NCBI GenBank assembly: GCA_963705555.1
Contig: CAVPJZ010000002.1
Location: 43,886 to 107,885 of the forward strand
Source of the DNA: an uncultured delta proteobacterium
GTDB taxonomy: Bacteria > Desulfobacterota > Syntrophia > Syntrophales > Smithellaceae
DNA: 64,000 nucleotides
Direction of reading: 5' to 3'
The notes below the pieces were generated by a model. The model did not search any database. It was not told where the DNA came from and saw nothing but the letters and a program-made list of their open reading frames with translations. The position numbers were made by a program, and so were the translations under genes. Positions 51,511 through 64,000 of this stretch are shown piece after piece; position 1 is the first letter of the stretch, and the number at the start of each line of letters is the position of its first letter.

Positions 51511-51539
51511 AGTATATGAAGAAGGTTTTTGTGTGTCAA
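51511..51539 (-). promoter_or_regulatory. Candidate sigma-70 promoter for the M48 protease gene
   Basis: On the minus strand: TTGACA (51539-34), a 17-nt spacer, then TATACT (51516-11). Confidence 0.5.
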
Positions 51540-51620
51540 GTGGATGTATGTGCGGAAAACGCGGCCGCAAAGCATTTAATATAACTATAGAATTTAGCGT
51601 TTCCATTATTTTAATCCAAA

Positions 51621-51656
51621 AATAAAAGCCGCGTTTAGTATAAGCGCGGCTTTTTG
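51621..51656. terminator. Terminator hairpin with A/T tracts on both sides
   Basis: GCCGCG (51628-33) pairs with CGCGGC (51645-50). It is flanked by AAAA..AAA on one side and TTTTT on the other. Confidence 0.6.
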
Positions 51657-51720
51657 ATTTACTTGCTAACCAGGAGATTGCTTCGGGCTACGCCCGCGCA
51701 ATGACCAAGCCGATATGTGT

Positions 51721-51867
51721 TTATAACAAACTTGATATCCGAAGTAGAACGCTGCGGCAGCGAGGAGGCTCCCGAGGCGTATTTTTAACGCGTGACCTTC
51801 AGGTTATACGTTGAGGAAGACAACGCAGCTGCCAACAAAGTTATACGAAGGAGGTCGAGTTTGTTAG
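51721..51867 (-). repeat. Stop-codon-abutting element family copy, 147 nt with an expanded central loop
   Basis: The 9-bp closing helix TAACAAACT/AGTTTGTTA overlaps the aminotransferase TAA (51864-66). It has the same core, and the CGTAT..ATACG hairpin carries a 24-nt insert. It lies between the stop codon and the 51621-56 terminator. Confidence 0.65.
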
Positions 51868-53074
51868 AAATTTTTAGCGGCCTGTTCAATCCCTTTTTTA
51901 ATCTGATTAAGCTTTTCCGCACTCATCTTGACCGATATGCCCATTACCAGTGTCCGGCCTAAAATATTTTCGGCATGCGGAATGCTTTCCCTCGAATACT
52001 CAACCTTGCCTTTATAGGACGGATCGGTAAACGGATATTTCTTGGAGTTGGCAGTCGAGCGCGCCAGGAAATGTTCCCAGTTCGGAACATAATGCCACAG
52101 ATTTCTCTTGTAGCAGACGGTATCGACACCTTCAGCCGCCAGCAGATTCTGAAATTTTTGCGCCTGATTTTCATCCGGCAGATTAAAGGCTAAAAACGTG
52201 GCGGAATCTCCCTCGGGATCGGGTTTCGCGCGGAATCCAACACCCGGAACCTGCGCCAATGCATCCATAATAATTTTTTTATTTTTCTTCTGCTCGCCGA
52301 TAAGGTAATCCAGTTTGCGCAATTGCGCCAGGCCCAACGCTCCCTGCAGTTCGTTCATCCGGTAGTTGAAACCCAGAATGGTTCTGCCTTCCAGCGCGCG
52401 GCTGACTTTGGGATTATGATCATGGCCGTGATCGTGATACCATTCCGACCGGTGATAAAGATCGAGGTTGTTGGTAATCACCATGCCCGCCTTCACCGGT
52501 TGTTACCGTTTTAACATAATCAAAGCTGAAAGCTTCCCATATCGCCGAAAGCTGCCCAGTTTTTTACCTTTGAAGCTTGCACCGCAGCCCTGAGCGTTAT
52601 CTTCCAGAACCAGCAATTTATTTTTGCGGGCGATTTCCACGATTTTATCGATATTGGCCGCCGAGCCGCACATATGCACGGGAATGACCGCCTTGGTATA
52701 GGGTGTTTTTTTCTTTTCAATTTCCTGCGGATCAAGATTGAGTGTATCGTCAATATCCACCATTACCGGAATGGCGCCGACTTCCATTACCGCTTCATAA
52801 GTGGCCAAAAAAGTAAAAGCGGGCACAAGAACTTCATCGCCGGGGCCTACATCCATCGCCGTCAAGCGCAACTTTGCAGCGCCGCCGAACCGGAAGTTAC
52901 GCCCAGCGCGTAGTCGGGTCTCGCAATATTTGGCAAACGCTTCTTCAAACTCCCGGACCTTGATAAATACCTTTTCTTTCTTTATCAAATCCGTAACGCA
53001 TCAGGATGCCGGTTTCGAAGCACATCCATTACTTCCTTGATTTCTTCTTTGCCGATTAGTTCTGCACCAGCCAT
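51864..53074 (-). CDS. DegT/DnrJ/EryC1/StrS-family PLP aminotransferase; about three frame breaks
   Basis: Fragments 52503..52988 and 51864..52496 plus a short N-terminus from ATG 53074 (RBS GGAGG) are colinear with the family (DEVLVPAFTFLAT, NYRMNELQGALG). Confidence 0.8.
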
Positions 53075-53101
53075 GTGTTTCCTCCTTCAATTTCTTATGC
53101 T

Positions 53102-54259
53102 TTAAAAAGCCTGCGCGTACATTGCGATCATGTCATCTTTGGTTACTTTGCGCGGATTGTTTTCCAGCGGCCGCGCCACAGTCATCGCCACATCGGCCAG
53201 CGCCGGAAAATCTTTTTCTTTAATGCCGAATTCAGCAAGCGTGCTGTGAATGCCGCAATCCTCAATTAATGCTTCGACGGCTTCCAGCGCCAAATAAGCG
53301 GCCTCGCGGGCGGGAAGACCTTCAACACATTCTCCCATCGCTTCGGCGATATCGGTAAATTTTTCCAACGCGGCGGGCAGATTGAAAGCCATTACCGCCG
53401 GCAGCATCATCGTATTGGCGAGCCCGTGACCGACACCGTATTTACCGCCCAGCGGATAAGAAAGCGAATGCACCGCGGTTACGCCGGCGTTGGCCAGCCC
53501 GATGCCGGCATATAAACTGCCCAAAAGCATTTTTTCGCGCGCAGCTATATTTTTGCCGTCATGCACGCAGGTGCGCAAATTTTCGGCAATGAGCACAATC
53601 GCTTCCAGGGAAAACATTTCGCTCATGGGCGAGGAATTAACGGATGTGTATGATTCGATGGCATGACATAGCGCATCAAGGCCTGTTTGCGCCGTAGGCG
53701 CGGGCGGCAGGCTCAGCGTCAATTCCGGATCCAGAAGCGCCAGCTCCGGATAAAGATAAGGGCTGTTCATTCCTTCCTTCTTTTTCAAATTTTTCCGCAC
53801 AAAAACGGCGGTAAAAGTGACTTCACTGCCGGTTCCGGCGGTTGTCGGAATCATGATTTTCGGCAAGCCCGGCTTGCGGAACTTTATTCAGCCCCAGATA
53901 ATCAACTGCGCCTCCTTTGTTGGTGGCCAAAACTGCGATTGCTTTGGCCACATCCATGGCGCTGCCGCCGCCGATGCCGATGACGATATCGCTTTGATTT
54001 TTAATTGCCATCGCCGCGCCTTCATCCGCCAGTTCAATCCGCGGTTCCGGCTCGACCTTATCATAGACTGTAAATTTAATGCCTTCGGGATAAGAATATT
54101 GGCCACTTTTTCCTGAAAACCTGTTTTGGCAAGATTTTTATCGATAACCACTAGAGGATTTTGCGCGTGTAGTTCTTTGATGTGAGTGGCCAATGTTAAT
54201 AATGATCCGTTGCCGAAAACAATTTTTTTCGCGCCGGTAAAAGAAAATATTTTTTTCAT
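53102..54259 (-). CDS. Iron-containing alcohol dehydrogenase; about two frame breaks
   Basis: GGGSAMD, PTTAGTGSE and the His-rich metal-site region (HAIES..., VHSLSYPLGG) appear across three shifted ORFs. Confidence 0.8.
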
Positions 54260-54355
54260 AATTTACAAGACCTCCGTTTGTATTCAATTTAAATCCGGGA
54301 AAATATTGCCAGACAATTTGGTATGCGCAATCCCTATGAGAACTGCCCGGTAAAG

Positions 54356-55094
54356 TCAAGTTTTTTTGTGGTGAGCATACCATTCCAGCTGCCGGCAGAT
54401 GCCGCGAATTATCTTTACTTCTCGCGATAAAAGACCGGCGCGGGTAAAAAAGCGGCGCAGATGCATCATCCAGTAATCGGGATTTTCGGGATTTAAAAAT
54501 CCGATATCGGCCAGCAATGTTTTTATTTGCCCATACATGCCTTCCAGCTCCTTTGATAGCGCCAATTTAGGCGTTGCTTCCTCGATGTGACGGCAACGAA
54601 GCGATAAATATTTCGTAGCATAGAATCATCACGGCGTGGGAAAGATTAAGTGATGTGAATTCTCGTGATGTCGGAATGGTGACTACGGCATGACAATAGC
54701 GCAATTCATCATTGGAAAGGCCGGTGTCTTCCGGACCGAAAAGCAGGGCAACTTTATTTTTGCGGGAGATATTCACAATTTTTTCGGCAATCGCACGCGG
54801 CGCAATAAACGGCCCGCGGGCTTTACCCAGGCGTGCGGTTGTGCCCACAATATAATTGAAGCTGCCGAGCGCTTCATCGATGCGTTCAAAATATTGGATT
54901 TGATCTAAAACATCGGCGGCCAGATGAGTGGATCGCTGCTGCATTTCCTCGCGGTCAAATCCGGCTGTTCCTACAACAATTATATTGCTGATTCCCATAT
55001 TTTTTGCGACGCGGGCAACCGAACCGATATTCCCCGCATATTTTGGTTTATATAAAACGATGCTGATATTTTTCATGTTTGTCTGTGACTTCAT
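54356..55094 (-). CDS. trmJ: SpoU/TrmH-family tRNA 2'-O-methyltransferase (TrmJ-like); one frame break near 54565
   Basis: NISIVLYKPKYAGNIGSVARVAKNMG, LLFGPEDTGLS and LNLSHAV motifs. Confidence 0.7.
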
Positions 55095-55277
55095 CTATTT
55101 CCTCCAGCAACAATGCCTGTATCATATTCCGACACTCTGCGCTATCCCGATAGCCTTGACTGCGAGATCAATTCACCTTACAAATTTCAATGTACTTCGT
55201 TTTTGAAATTTGAGTTTCATTGATGTCATAAACAAATATCGTTTGCTGTTGTATAACCTTTTTGTTATTTACAGATC

Positions 55278-55947
55278 ATGGAAAAGGAAATAATTTTACT
55301 TCGTCAGGCCACGCGAGAATTGGGTATTGAATTGAGTTCTTTCCAGATGGAACAATTTGATCTGTATCAAAAGGAATTGCTCCTGTGGAACGCCAAAACA
55401 AATTTGATATCGGAAAAATCCGCCCAGGAAATTGCAAGCCGCCATTTTCTGGATTCCTTAACGGCTCTGCAATTTATCGATAACCAGAGAGCCCGGATAA
55501 TCGATATCGGAAGCGGTGCCGGATTTCCCGGCATTCCTTTAAAAATTGCCTGTCCGGATTTGCAGCTTTATTTACTGGAAAGCAATCGCAAAAAAGTTTC
55601 CTTTTTAAAGCATATTATTCGTCTCTTAAACTTCACCGAAACAGTTGTTCTTCATGACCGTGTTGAAAACTTAATAAAAGACAATAAATGGAAAGATTTT
55701 TTTGATGTGGTTATTTCCCGTGCCGCTTTTAAACTGCCCGAATTTCTATCATTGGGCGCTTTTTTTCTTGTTCCGCAAGGTACATTGATTGCTTTAAAAG
55801 GTCAGTGATGTTGAAAACGAATTTTTAACCTGTGTCAAAAGCGCAACAGCGTCTTTTTTTAGTGAATTATTTCAACATGATGTAATTTCGCCTCTGCAGG
55901 ATACTCAGCATAAAATTATTGTCGGGAAAAAAGATAAAAAAAGATAA
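55278..55947 (+). CDS. rsmG: 16S rRNA (guanine527-N7)-methyltransferase; one frame break near 55805
   Basis: [19 protein letters not shown] and [15 protein letters not shown]. The shifted tail ends at TAA 55945-47. Confidence 0.8.
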
Positions 55948-56033
55948 AAAAGCCTTCTAAAAACGTCTTTTTTATGTTAGTTCTTACAGCAGTTTTTTCA
56001 AAAGAATTTCCAGGAAGACATCAAATTAAAATA

Positions 56034-56803
56034 ATGAATAAAATCATATGTATAGCCAATCAAAAAGGTGGTGTCGGCAAAACAACTACCGCAATTAATT
56101 TGTCTTCATCTCTGGCCGCTGCGGAAAAAAAAACTTTACTCATTGACGGTGATTCTCAGGGCAATTCGACCAGCGGTATGGGCATAGACAAGTAATTCCT
56201 TTCAAGAAGCTAATTTATATCATGCAATGATCGGCAATGTGCCGCTTGGAAAAAGTTATTCTGCACACAGCGATACCTCATTTGGATATAATTCCCTCCA
56301 ACCAGGATTTAATTGGTGTTGAGGTTGAGTTTGTTCATATGGAAGAAAGAGAAAAACGTTTACGGCATTTATTAAAATCTCTGGACAGGCATTATGATTT
56401 TATAGTAATTGATTGTCCACCATCGCTGGGTTTTATGACAGTCAATGCTCTTGTTGCTGCTGATTTTTTGATTGTTCCTTTACAGTGTGAATATTTTGCT
56501 ATGGAAGGATTGGGATATTTGCTAAACACGGTAAAACTGGTTAAAGCCCAATTAAATCCGGAACTGGCCTTAGGCGGAATTCTGCTGACTATGTTTGATC
56601 CGCGAAATTTGCTTTCGCATCGTGTCACCGAAGATGTAAAAAAACATTTTGGCGACAAAGTTTTTAAAACGATAATTCCGCGCAATGTGCGGCTTTCGGA
56701 AAGCCCCAGCCACGGATTACCCATTATTCTTTACGATATTAAATCGCGCGGGGCCATGGCTTATATGGAACTGGCCCAGGAAATAATTCAGGGGGGAATG
56801 TAA
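56034..56803 (+). CDS. parA: Chromosome partitioning ATPase ParA/Soj; one frame break near 56195-56240
   Basis: [20 protein letters not shown] is the deviant Walker A motif. The C-terminal ORF 56237..56803 is colinear. Confidence 0.85.
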
Positions 56804-57662
56804 ATGGCACAAAAAAACGCGCTGGGTAAAGGGCTTGGTGCCATTTTTCCGGATCTATTGAATGACCTGGACAAGAAAAAGCCTGTTTTTTCCTGCGGCA
56901 TTGAAGAATTGCAGCCCAATCGTTATCAGCCCCGCAAAAATTTTAATGACGAAAACCAAAAACAGCTTATCGCTTCCATTAAAAACAGCGGTATTATTCA
57001 ACCGATTATTGTCCGCAAATTCGGACAATGGATATGAAATTATCGCCGGAGAACGCCGTTGGCGGGCGGCTCAGGCAGCGGGCCTAAAAGATGTGCCTAT
57101 TGTCATTCGCGAAGCGACGGATATGCAGGCAGCGGAAATGTCGCTGATTGAAAATATTCAACGGGAAGAATTAAATCCCCTGGAAGAAGCGGCGGCTTAT
57201 ATAACGTTAATCGAAAAATTCAACCTTTCTCAGGAAGAAATATCTTCTCGTGTGGGCAAGGATCGCTCGACAATTGCCAATACCATCCGGCTTTTAAAAT
57301 TGCCGGCCAAAGTAAAAGCGGCTCTGGTAGAAAAAAAGATTTCGGCAGGTCATGCCCGCTGTTTGTTGGCTTGTAATTCAACCGAAGAACAAATTGCGGC
57401 GCTGGATATAATTTTAAAGAAAGAATTAAATGTTCGGGAAACGGAACGACTTAATACAAAACTTAAAAAAGCAGCCAGCGAATAAAAAACAAGGTTCTAA
57501 AGATCGCTTTTTGACCGATCTTGGAAAAGGCGATGAGCGGCAAAATTTATAGCAAAGGTACAAATTAAGGGTACATCAAAAAAAGGTGCTATCGAAATTC
57601 GATACACCTCTATGGATGAATTAAACCGTCTCTCCGGTTTAATTCTTGATGATTTGAAATAA
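56804..57662 (+). CDS. parB: Chromosome partitioning protein ParB/Spo0J; about three frame breaks
   Basis: LGKGLGAIF, IQPIIVR and GERRWRAAQ boxes, an HTH segment, and a shifted C-terminus ...GAIEIRYTSMDELNRLSGLILDDLK ending at 57662. Confidence 0.85.
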
Positions 57663-57679
57663 TGTAAATTTTTCATAGC

Positions 57680-57699
57680 TTATCAACATCTGTTGATAA
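57680..57699. promoter_or_regulatory. Inverted pair of near-consensus DnaA boxes upstream of dnaA
   Basis: TTATCAACA (57680-88) and TGTTGATAA (57691-99), each with one mismatch to TTATCCACA. Confidence 0.45.
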
Positions 57700-57723
57700 A
57701 TATGTTTATAAAGGATTGTTATA

Positions 57724-59079
57724 ATGGAAGCAGTTTGGGACAAAACGAGCTAAAATTATTCAGGAAAAGCTAAGTAAGCAAAATTTTGATACCTGGATAA
57801 AACCGATCAAAATAGTTGCCATGGAAGATAAGTGCGTGCAACTGATGGTGCCCAATAAATTTTTTAAAGATTGGCTTTTGGATAATTATTTTTCTACGAT
57901 TAAACAATCATTGCAAAATGTTGTTGGTATTGATGTTGATATTGATTTTATCCTCTCTAAGATAAAGAAAAAAGCCCAGATTCTGTGTCAAAGTCCCCTA
58001 TGCAGGCGAAAAACGCTTCTTCTTCGACGGCAAGTAAAGGGAAAAATTATTCTTTCTTAAATAATAACTATACCTTTGACAGGTTTGTGGTGGGCCCCTG
58101 CAATCAGTTTGCCCACGCCGCTTCCATTGCCGTAGCCAAACAACCGGCAAAAAATTATAATCCTCTGTTTATTTACGGCGGATCCGGTTTAGGAAAAACA
58201 CATTTACTTAATGCTATTGGTCTTCTCACCACTACCGCCCATCCGGAACTAAATGTTATGTATGTGTCCGCGGAAGAATTTATGAATGAAATGATTAATT
58301 CCATTCGTTATGACCGGATGCCCAAATTTAGGGAAAAATACCGTAATATCAGTTGTTTATTAATTGACGATATTCATTTTTTAGCGGGAAAAGAAAGAAC
58401 CCAGGAAGAATTTTTTCATACTTTCAATACGTTGCATGATTCGGGAAAACAAATAGTCGTCACCAGTGATAAATTTCCTAAAGATATTCCTAATTTGGAA
58501 GGACGACTGCGTTCTCGTTTTGAGTGGGGATTGATTGCCGATATTCAACCTCCGGAAATAGAAACAAAAATTGCCATTATCGAGAAAAAAATGCAGGAAA
58601 GTAAAATTGACTTTACCTAGTACATGTTGCTCATTATATTGCCTCTCACGTAGAATCCAACATTCGTGAACTGGAAGGCTTTCTAGTTAGAATAAGCGCT
58701 TATTCTTCTTTAACAGGCAGAGAAATTGATTTGGATTTAGTAAAGGAAGTGTTAAAAAACGTAGTTAAACACAATGAAAAAGAAGAAGTAAGTATTGAAG
58801 AAATAATTAAAGTGGTTGCCGGAAAATTAAACGTAAAAATATCCGATATAAAAGCGCATAATAAAAATAAAAATCTTGTTTTTGCGCGACAAATTGCCAT
58901 GTATTTAGCCAGAAAATTAACCAATGCTTCTTTTCCGGATATCGGTCAAAAAATCGGCGATAGAGATCATTCGACGGTAATTTATGCCAACAAATAAAAT
59001 TTTAAACAATATTGAAGTCGATTCTAAATTAAAAAATATAATTCAGGAGATTGAAGATATTTTAATCCACAAAACGTAA
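57724..59079 (+). CDS. dnaA: Chromosomal replication initiator DnaA; at least four frame breaks
   Basis: MEAVW.., FDTWIKPI, the AAA+ segment [15 protein letters not shown], and domain IV ([21 protein letters not shown]). The segments sit in successive frames. Confidence 0.9.
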
Positions 59080-59242
59080 AGTTTTTAACATCAGTTTATA
59101 AACAGGTGATTATTATTATAAATTATTGTAATTATTATAAAAACTATATTTACTCAACATATCCACAGGCTCTATTACTAATACTATTTATTAATATATA
59201 AGAAAATAATAATAATAAATAATACAAAACAAGGAGGAAAGT
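59080..59242. other. Candidate oriC / DNA-unwinding region in the dnaA-dnaN spacer
   Basis: Very AT-rich, with ATTATTATAAA-type reiterations at 59109-59145 and one DnaA box, ATATCCACA, at 59159-67. Confidence 0.45.
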
Positions 59243-60352
59243 ATGGAATTTAAAATAAACAGAAACACCTTTCTTGATGGTATTCAAAAAACTTTAGGAA
59301 TTGTAGAAAAAAAGACAACAATGCCCATTTTAAATAATGTTCTTTTAAAAGCGGAAGCCAATAAACTTAAAATAATTGCTACGGATAGAGAAATAAGTTT
59401 AATTTCTGATTATGAAGCGGAAATAGTAGAAAAAGGTGAAATAACTATTTCAGCGAAAAAATTATATGAAATGGTTAGAGAAATTCAAGGAGAAGTTATT
59501 TCTTTTACTCAAAATAATAACGTTGTAAAAATATCCTGTCAGAGAGCTGTTTATAAAATACCCGGCTTACCGGCAGAAGATTTTCCCAGTATTGCCGATG
59601 ATCATGATGTTCAACTTTTTAATATTAAGGGAACAATAATTAAGGATTTAATTAATAAAACAGCATTTGCTATGGCTACAGATGAAATGAGAAAAAACTT
59701 AAATGGAGTTTTATTAGAGGCTGTCTCAGATGAATCAAATAATGTATTGCGCATGGTGGCCACCGACGGCCATCGTTTAGCCGTGGCAAAAGATGTAATA
59801 TCTGAGCCTTTTTTAGAAACAGGAAAGGGCGTTATCATTCCCCGCAAAGGTTTAATGGAAGTTAAAAAAATTATTGATGAAAACGAAAGCGTCAAGATAG
59901 GCATTCATAAAAACATGTTTGTTATAAAAACCGATAGTACGCTTCTTAAAGTTAGTCTGGTTGATGCTGATTATCCTGATTATAAAAGGGTTATTCCCGC
60001 GGAAAAAGGTATAAATATTGTTTTGGAAAAAGAGTCTTTCCTTCATGCTTTGCGCAGAATGAATGTTGTTTCTTCGGAACGTTATGGCGGAGTTATTCTT
60101 TCCTTTTCGGAAGGAAAGTTAACTCTTAATTCGACTAACCTGGATGTGGGCGAAGCAACGGAAGAAATAGATATTACTTATAGTGGTGAGGATATGGATG
60201 TGGGATTTAATGTGAATTATTTGATTGATGCGATTTCCGTCATCAGCAAAGAAAGTATTCTGTTTGAGGTTGGGTCGGGCATTAAACCGTCAGTGATAAA
60301 GCAAACTGAAGGCGATGATTATTTGTGTATCGTTATGCCGTTAAAAATATAG
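59243..60352 (+). CDS. dnaN: DNA polymerase III beta sliding clamp
   Basis: 369-aa intact ORF colinear with DnaN ([16 protein letters not shown]...ATDGHRLA...). Confidence 0.9.
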   Translation: MEFKINRNTFLDGIQKTLGIVEKKTTMPILNNVLLKAEANKLKIIATDREISLISDYEAEIVEKGEITISAKKLYEMVREIQGEVISFTQNNNVVKISCQRAVYKIPGLPAEDFPSIADDHDVQLFNIKGTIIKDLINKTAFAMATDEMRKNLNGVLLEAVSDESNNVLRMVATDGHRLAVAKDVISEPFLETGKGVIIPRKGLMEVKKIIDENESVKIGIHKNMFVIKTDSTLLKVSLVDADYPDYKRVIPAEKGINIVLEKESFLHALRRMNVVSSERYGGVILSFSEGKLTLNSTNLDVGEATEEIDITYSGEDMDVGFNVNYLIDAISVISKESILFEVGSGIKPSVIKQTEGDDYLCIVMPLKI

Positions 60353-60380
60353 AGAGTGTGAAGGAGTTAAAAAAGCAGTT

Positions 60381-62787
<2,407 letters not shown>

Positions 62788-62856
62788 GTCCGACGATCAA
62801 ATACACAAGGAATGAGCTGTTAAATAACGGCTTATGTTTAGAGAGGATGAAATAAA

Positions 62857-64000
62857 ATGGAACAAGATATCCACCACAAGCCAACTCTGGTGAATATAGA
62901 AGATGAAATGAAAAAATCGTACATGGATTACGCCATGAGCGTAATTATCGGGAGGGCTATTCCCGATGTGCGCGACGGTTTGAAACCGGTTCATCGGCGG
63001 ATTTTATTTTCCATGTATGAAATGGGCAACCGCTATAATAAACCTTATAAAAAATCCGCCCGAATCGTCGGCGATATCATCGGTAAATATCATCCGCACG
63101 GCGATATCGGCAATTTATGACACTCTGGTGCGCATGGCGCAGGATTTTTCTTTGCGCTACATGCTGATTGATGGACAGGGAAACTTCGGATCCATTGACG
63201 GCGATCCTCCCGCGGCCATGCGTTACACGGAAATACGACTGGCGCGCATTGCCGATGAAGTGCTTGCCGATCTGGAAAAAGACACGGTTGATTATGTGCC
63301 CAACTATGATGAATCTCTGCAGGAACCGTCGCTTCTGGCAACCCGTATACCACTGCTTGCTGCTGAACGGTTCTTCCGGCATTGCCGTCGGCATGGCCAC
63401 AAATATTCCACCTCATAATTTGACGGAAATAATCAATGGCACCATCGCCTGCATCAAAAATCCGCAGATCACTGTGGAAAAATTAATGCGCCATATACCC
63501 GGACCGGATTTTCCTACAGCGGGTTTTATCAACGGCCGTGAGGGGATACTTGCCGCTTATAAAACCGGCCGCGGCATAATCAAAATCGCGGGCACGGGCG
63601 ATCATTGAAAAAAACGCCCGCAATGATAAAGAAACAATTGTCATCACGGAGACTACCTTATCAGGTCAATAAAGCCACGCTGATTGAAAAAATATCGGAA
63701 CTGGTGCGCGATAAAAAAATAGCCGGCATTGCCGATCTGCGCGATGAATCGGACCGCGAAGGCATCCGCGTCGTCATTGATTTAAAACGCGACGAGAATT
63801 CCGCGATTATCCTCAATCAGCTTTATAAGTTTACCCAAATGGAAAGCTCGTTCGGCATTATTATGCTGGCGATAACCGAAGGCCGTCCGCAGGTTTTAAA
63901 TCTAAAGGAAATAATAGAAAAATTCATTGCTTTCCGCAGGGAAGTTGTTGTGCGGCGCACCAGATTTGATCTCGCGCGCGCCAAAGAACGGGCGCATATT
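62857..64000 (+). CDS. gyrA: DNA gyrase subunit A, N-terminal part continuing beyond the window; several frame breaks
   Basis: [52 protein letters not shown] and NIPPHNL in successive frames. Confidence 0.9.

Noticed and set aside
55809-57723. Looked for a parS site (TGTTTCACGTGAAACA) near parAB.
   Set aside because: No close match was seen by eye in this window. A mismatch-tolerant scan is needed before concluding that it is absent.

Overview
This 64-kb window is a chromosomal segment from a Gram-negative bacterium. Outer-membrane phospholipase A, KDO and heptose LPS genes, Tat export, a sigma-54 regulator and selA are present, which gives a Desulfobacterota-like flavour, but the taxon is not provable from this window. 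It carries the replication-origin neighbourhood rsmG-parA-parB-dnaA-dnaN-gyrB-gyrA at 55-64 kb. The content is mostly housekeeping: gatCAB, tatAC, PBP1A, ilvBNC-ilvD, an hldD-kdsB-sensor-pldA cluster, selA, def, a gcvT-H-PA-PB-lipA-lpdA glycine-cleavage cluster, ADP-forming acyl-CoA synthetase subunits, and a histidine kinase with an NtrC-type regulator. About 25 genes, including dnaA, gyrA, gyrB, ilvD and gcvP, have broken reading frames as assembled. I read these as indel errors and report one span per gene. The 'M' at ORF-track starts can be TTG or GTG, so several starts were re-picked. The signals the genes do not explain are non-coding: (1) a family of ~105-150 nt intergenic elements that begin at or within 10 nt of stop codons (5 copies plus 1 fragment); (2) a ~275-nt internally triplicated multi-hairpin RNA candidate between def and the gcv operon; (3) a Leu/Ile/Val-rich leader peptide with tandem terminators ahead of ilvB; (4) a sigma-54 promoter with upstream repeats driving two small secreted proteins. 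No CRISPR array, tRNA, rRNA, transposase or recognisable defence system was seen.
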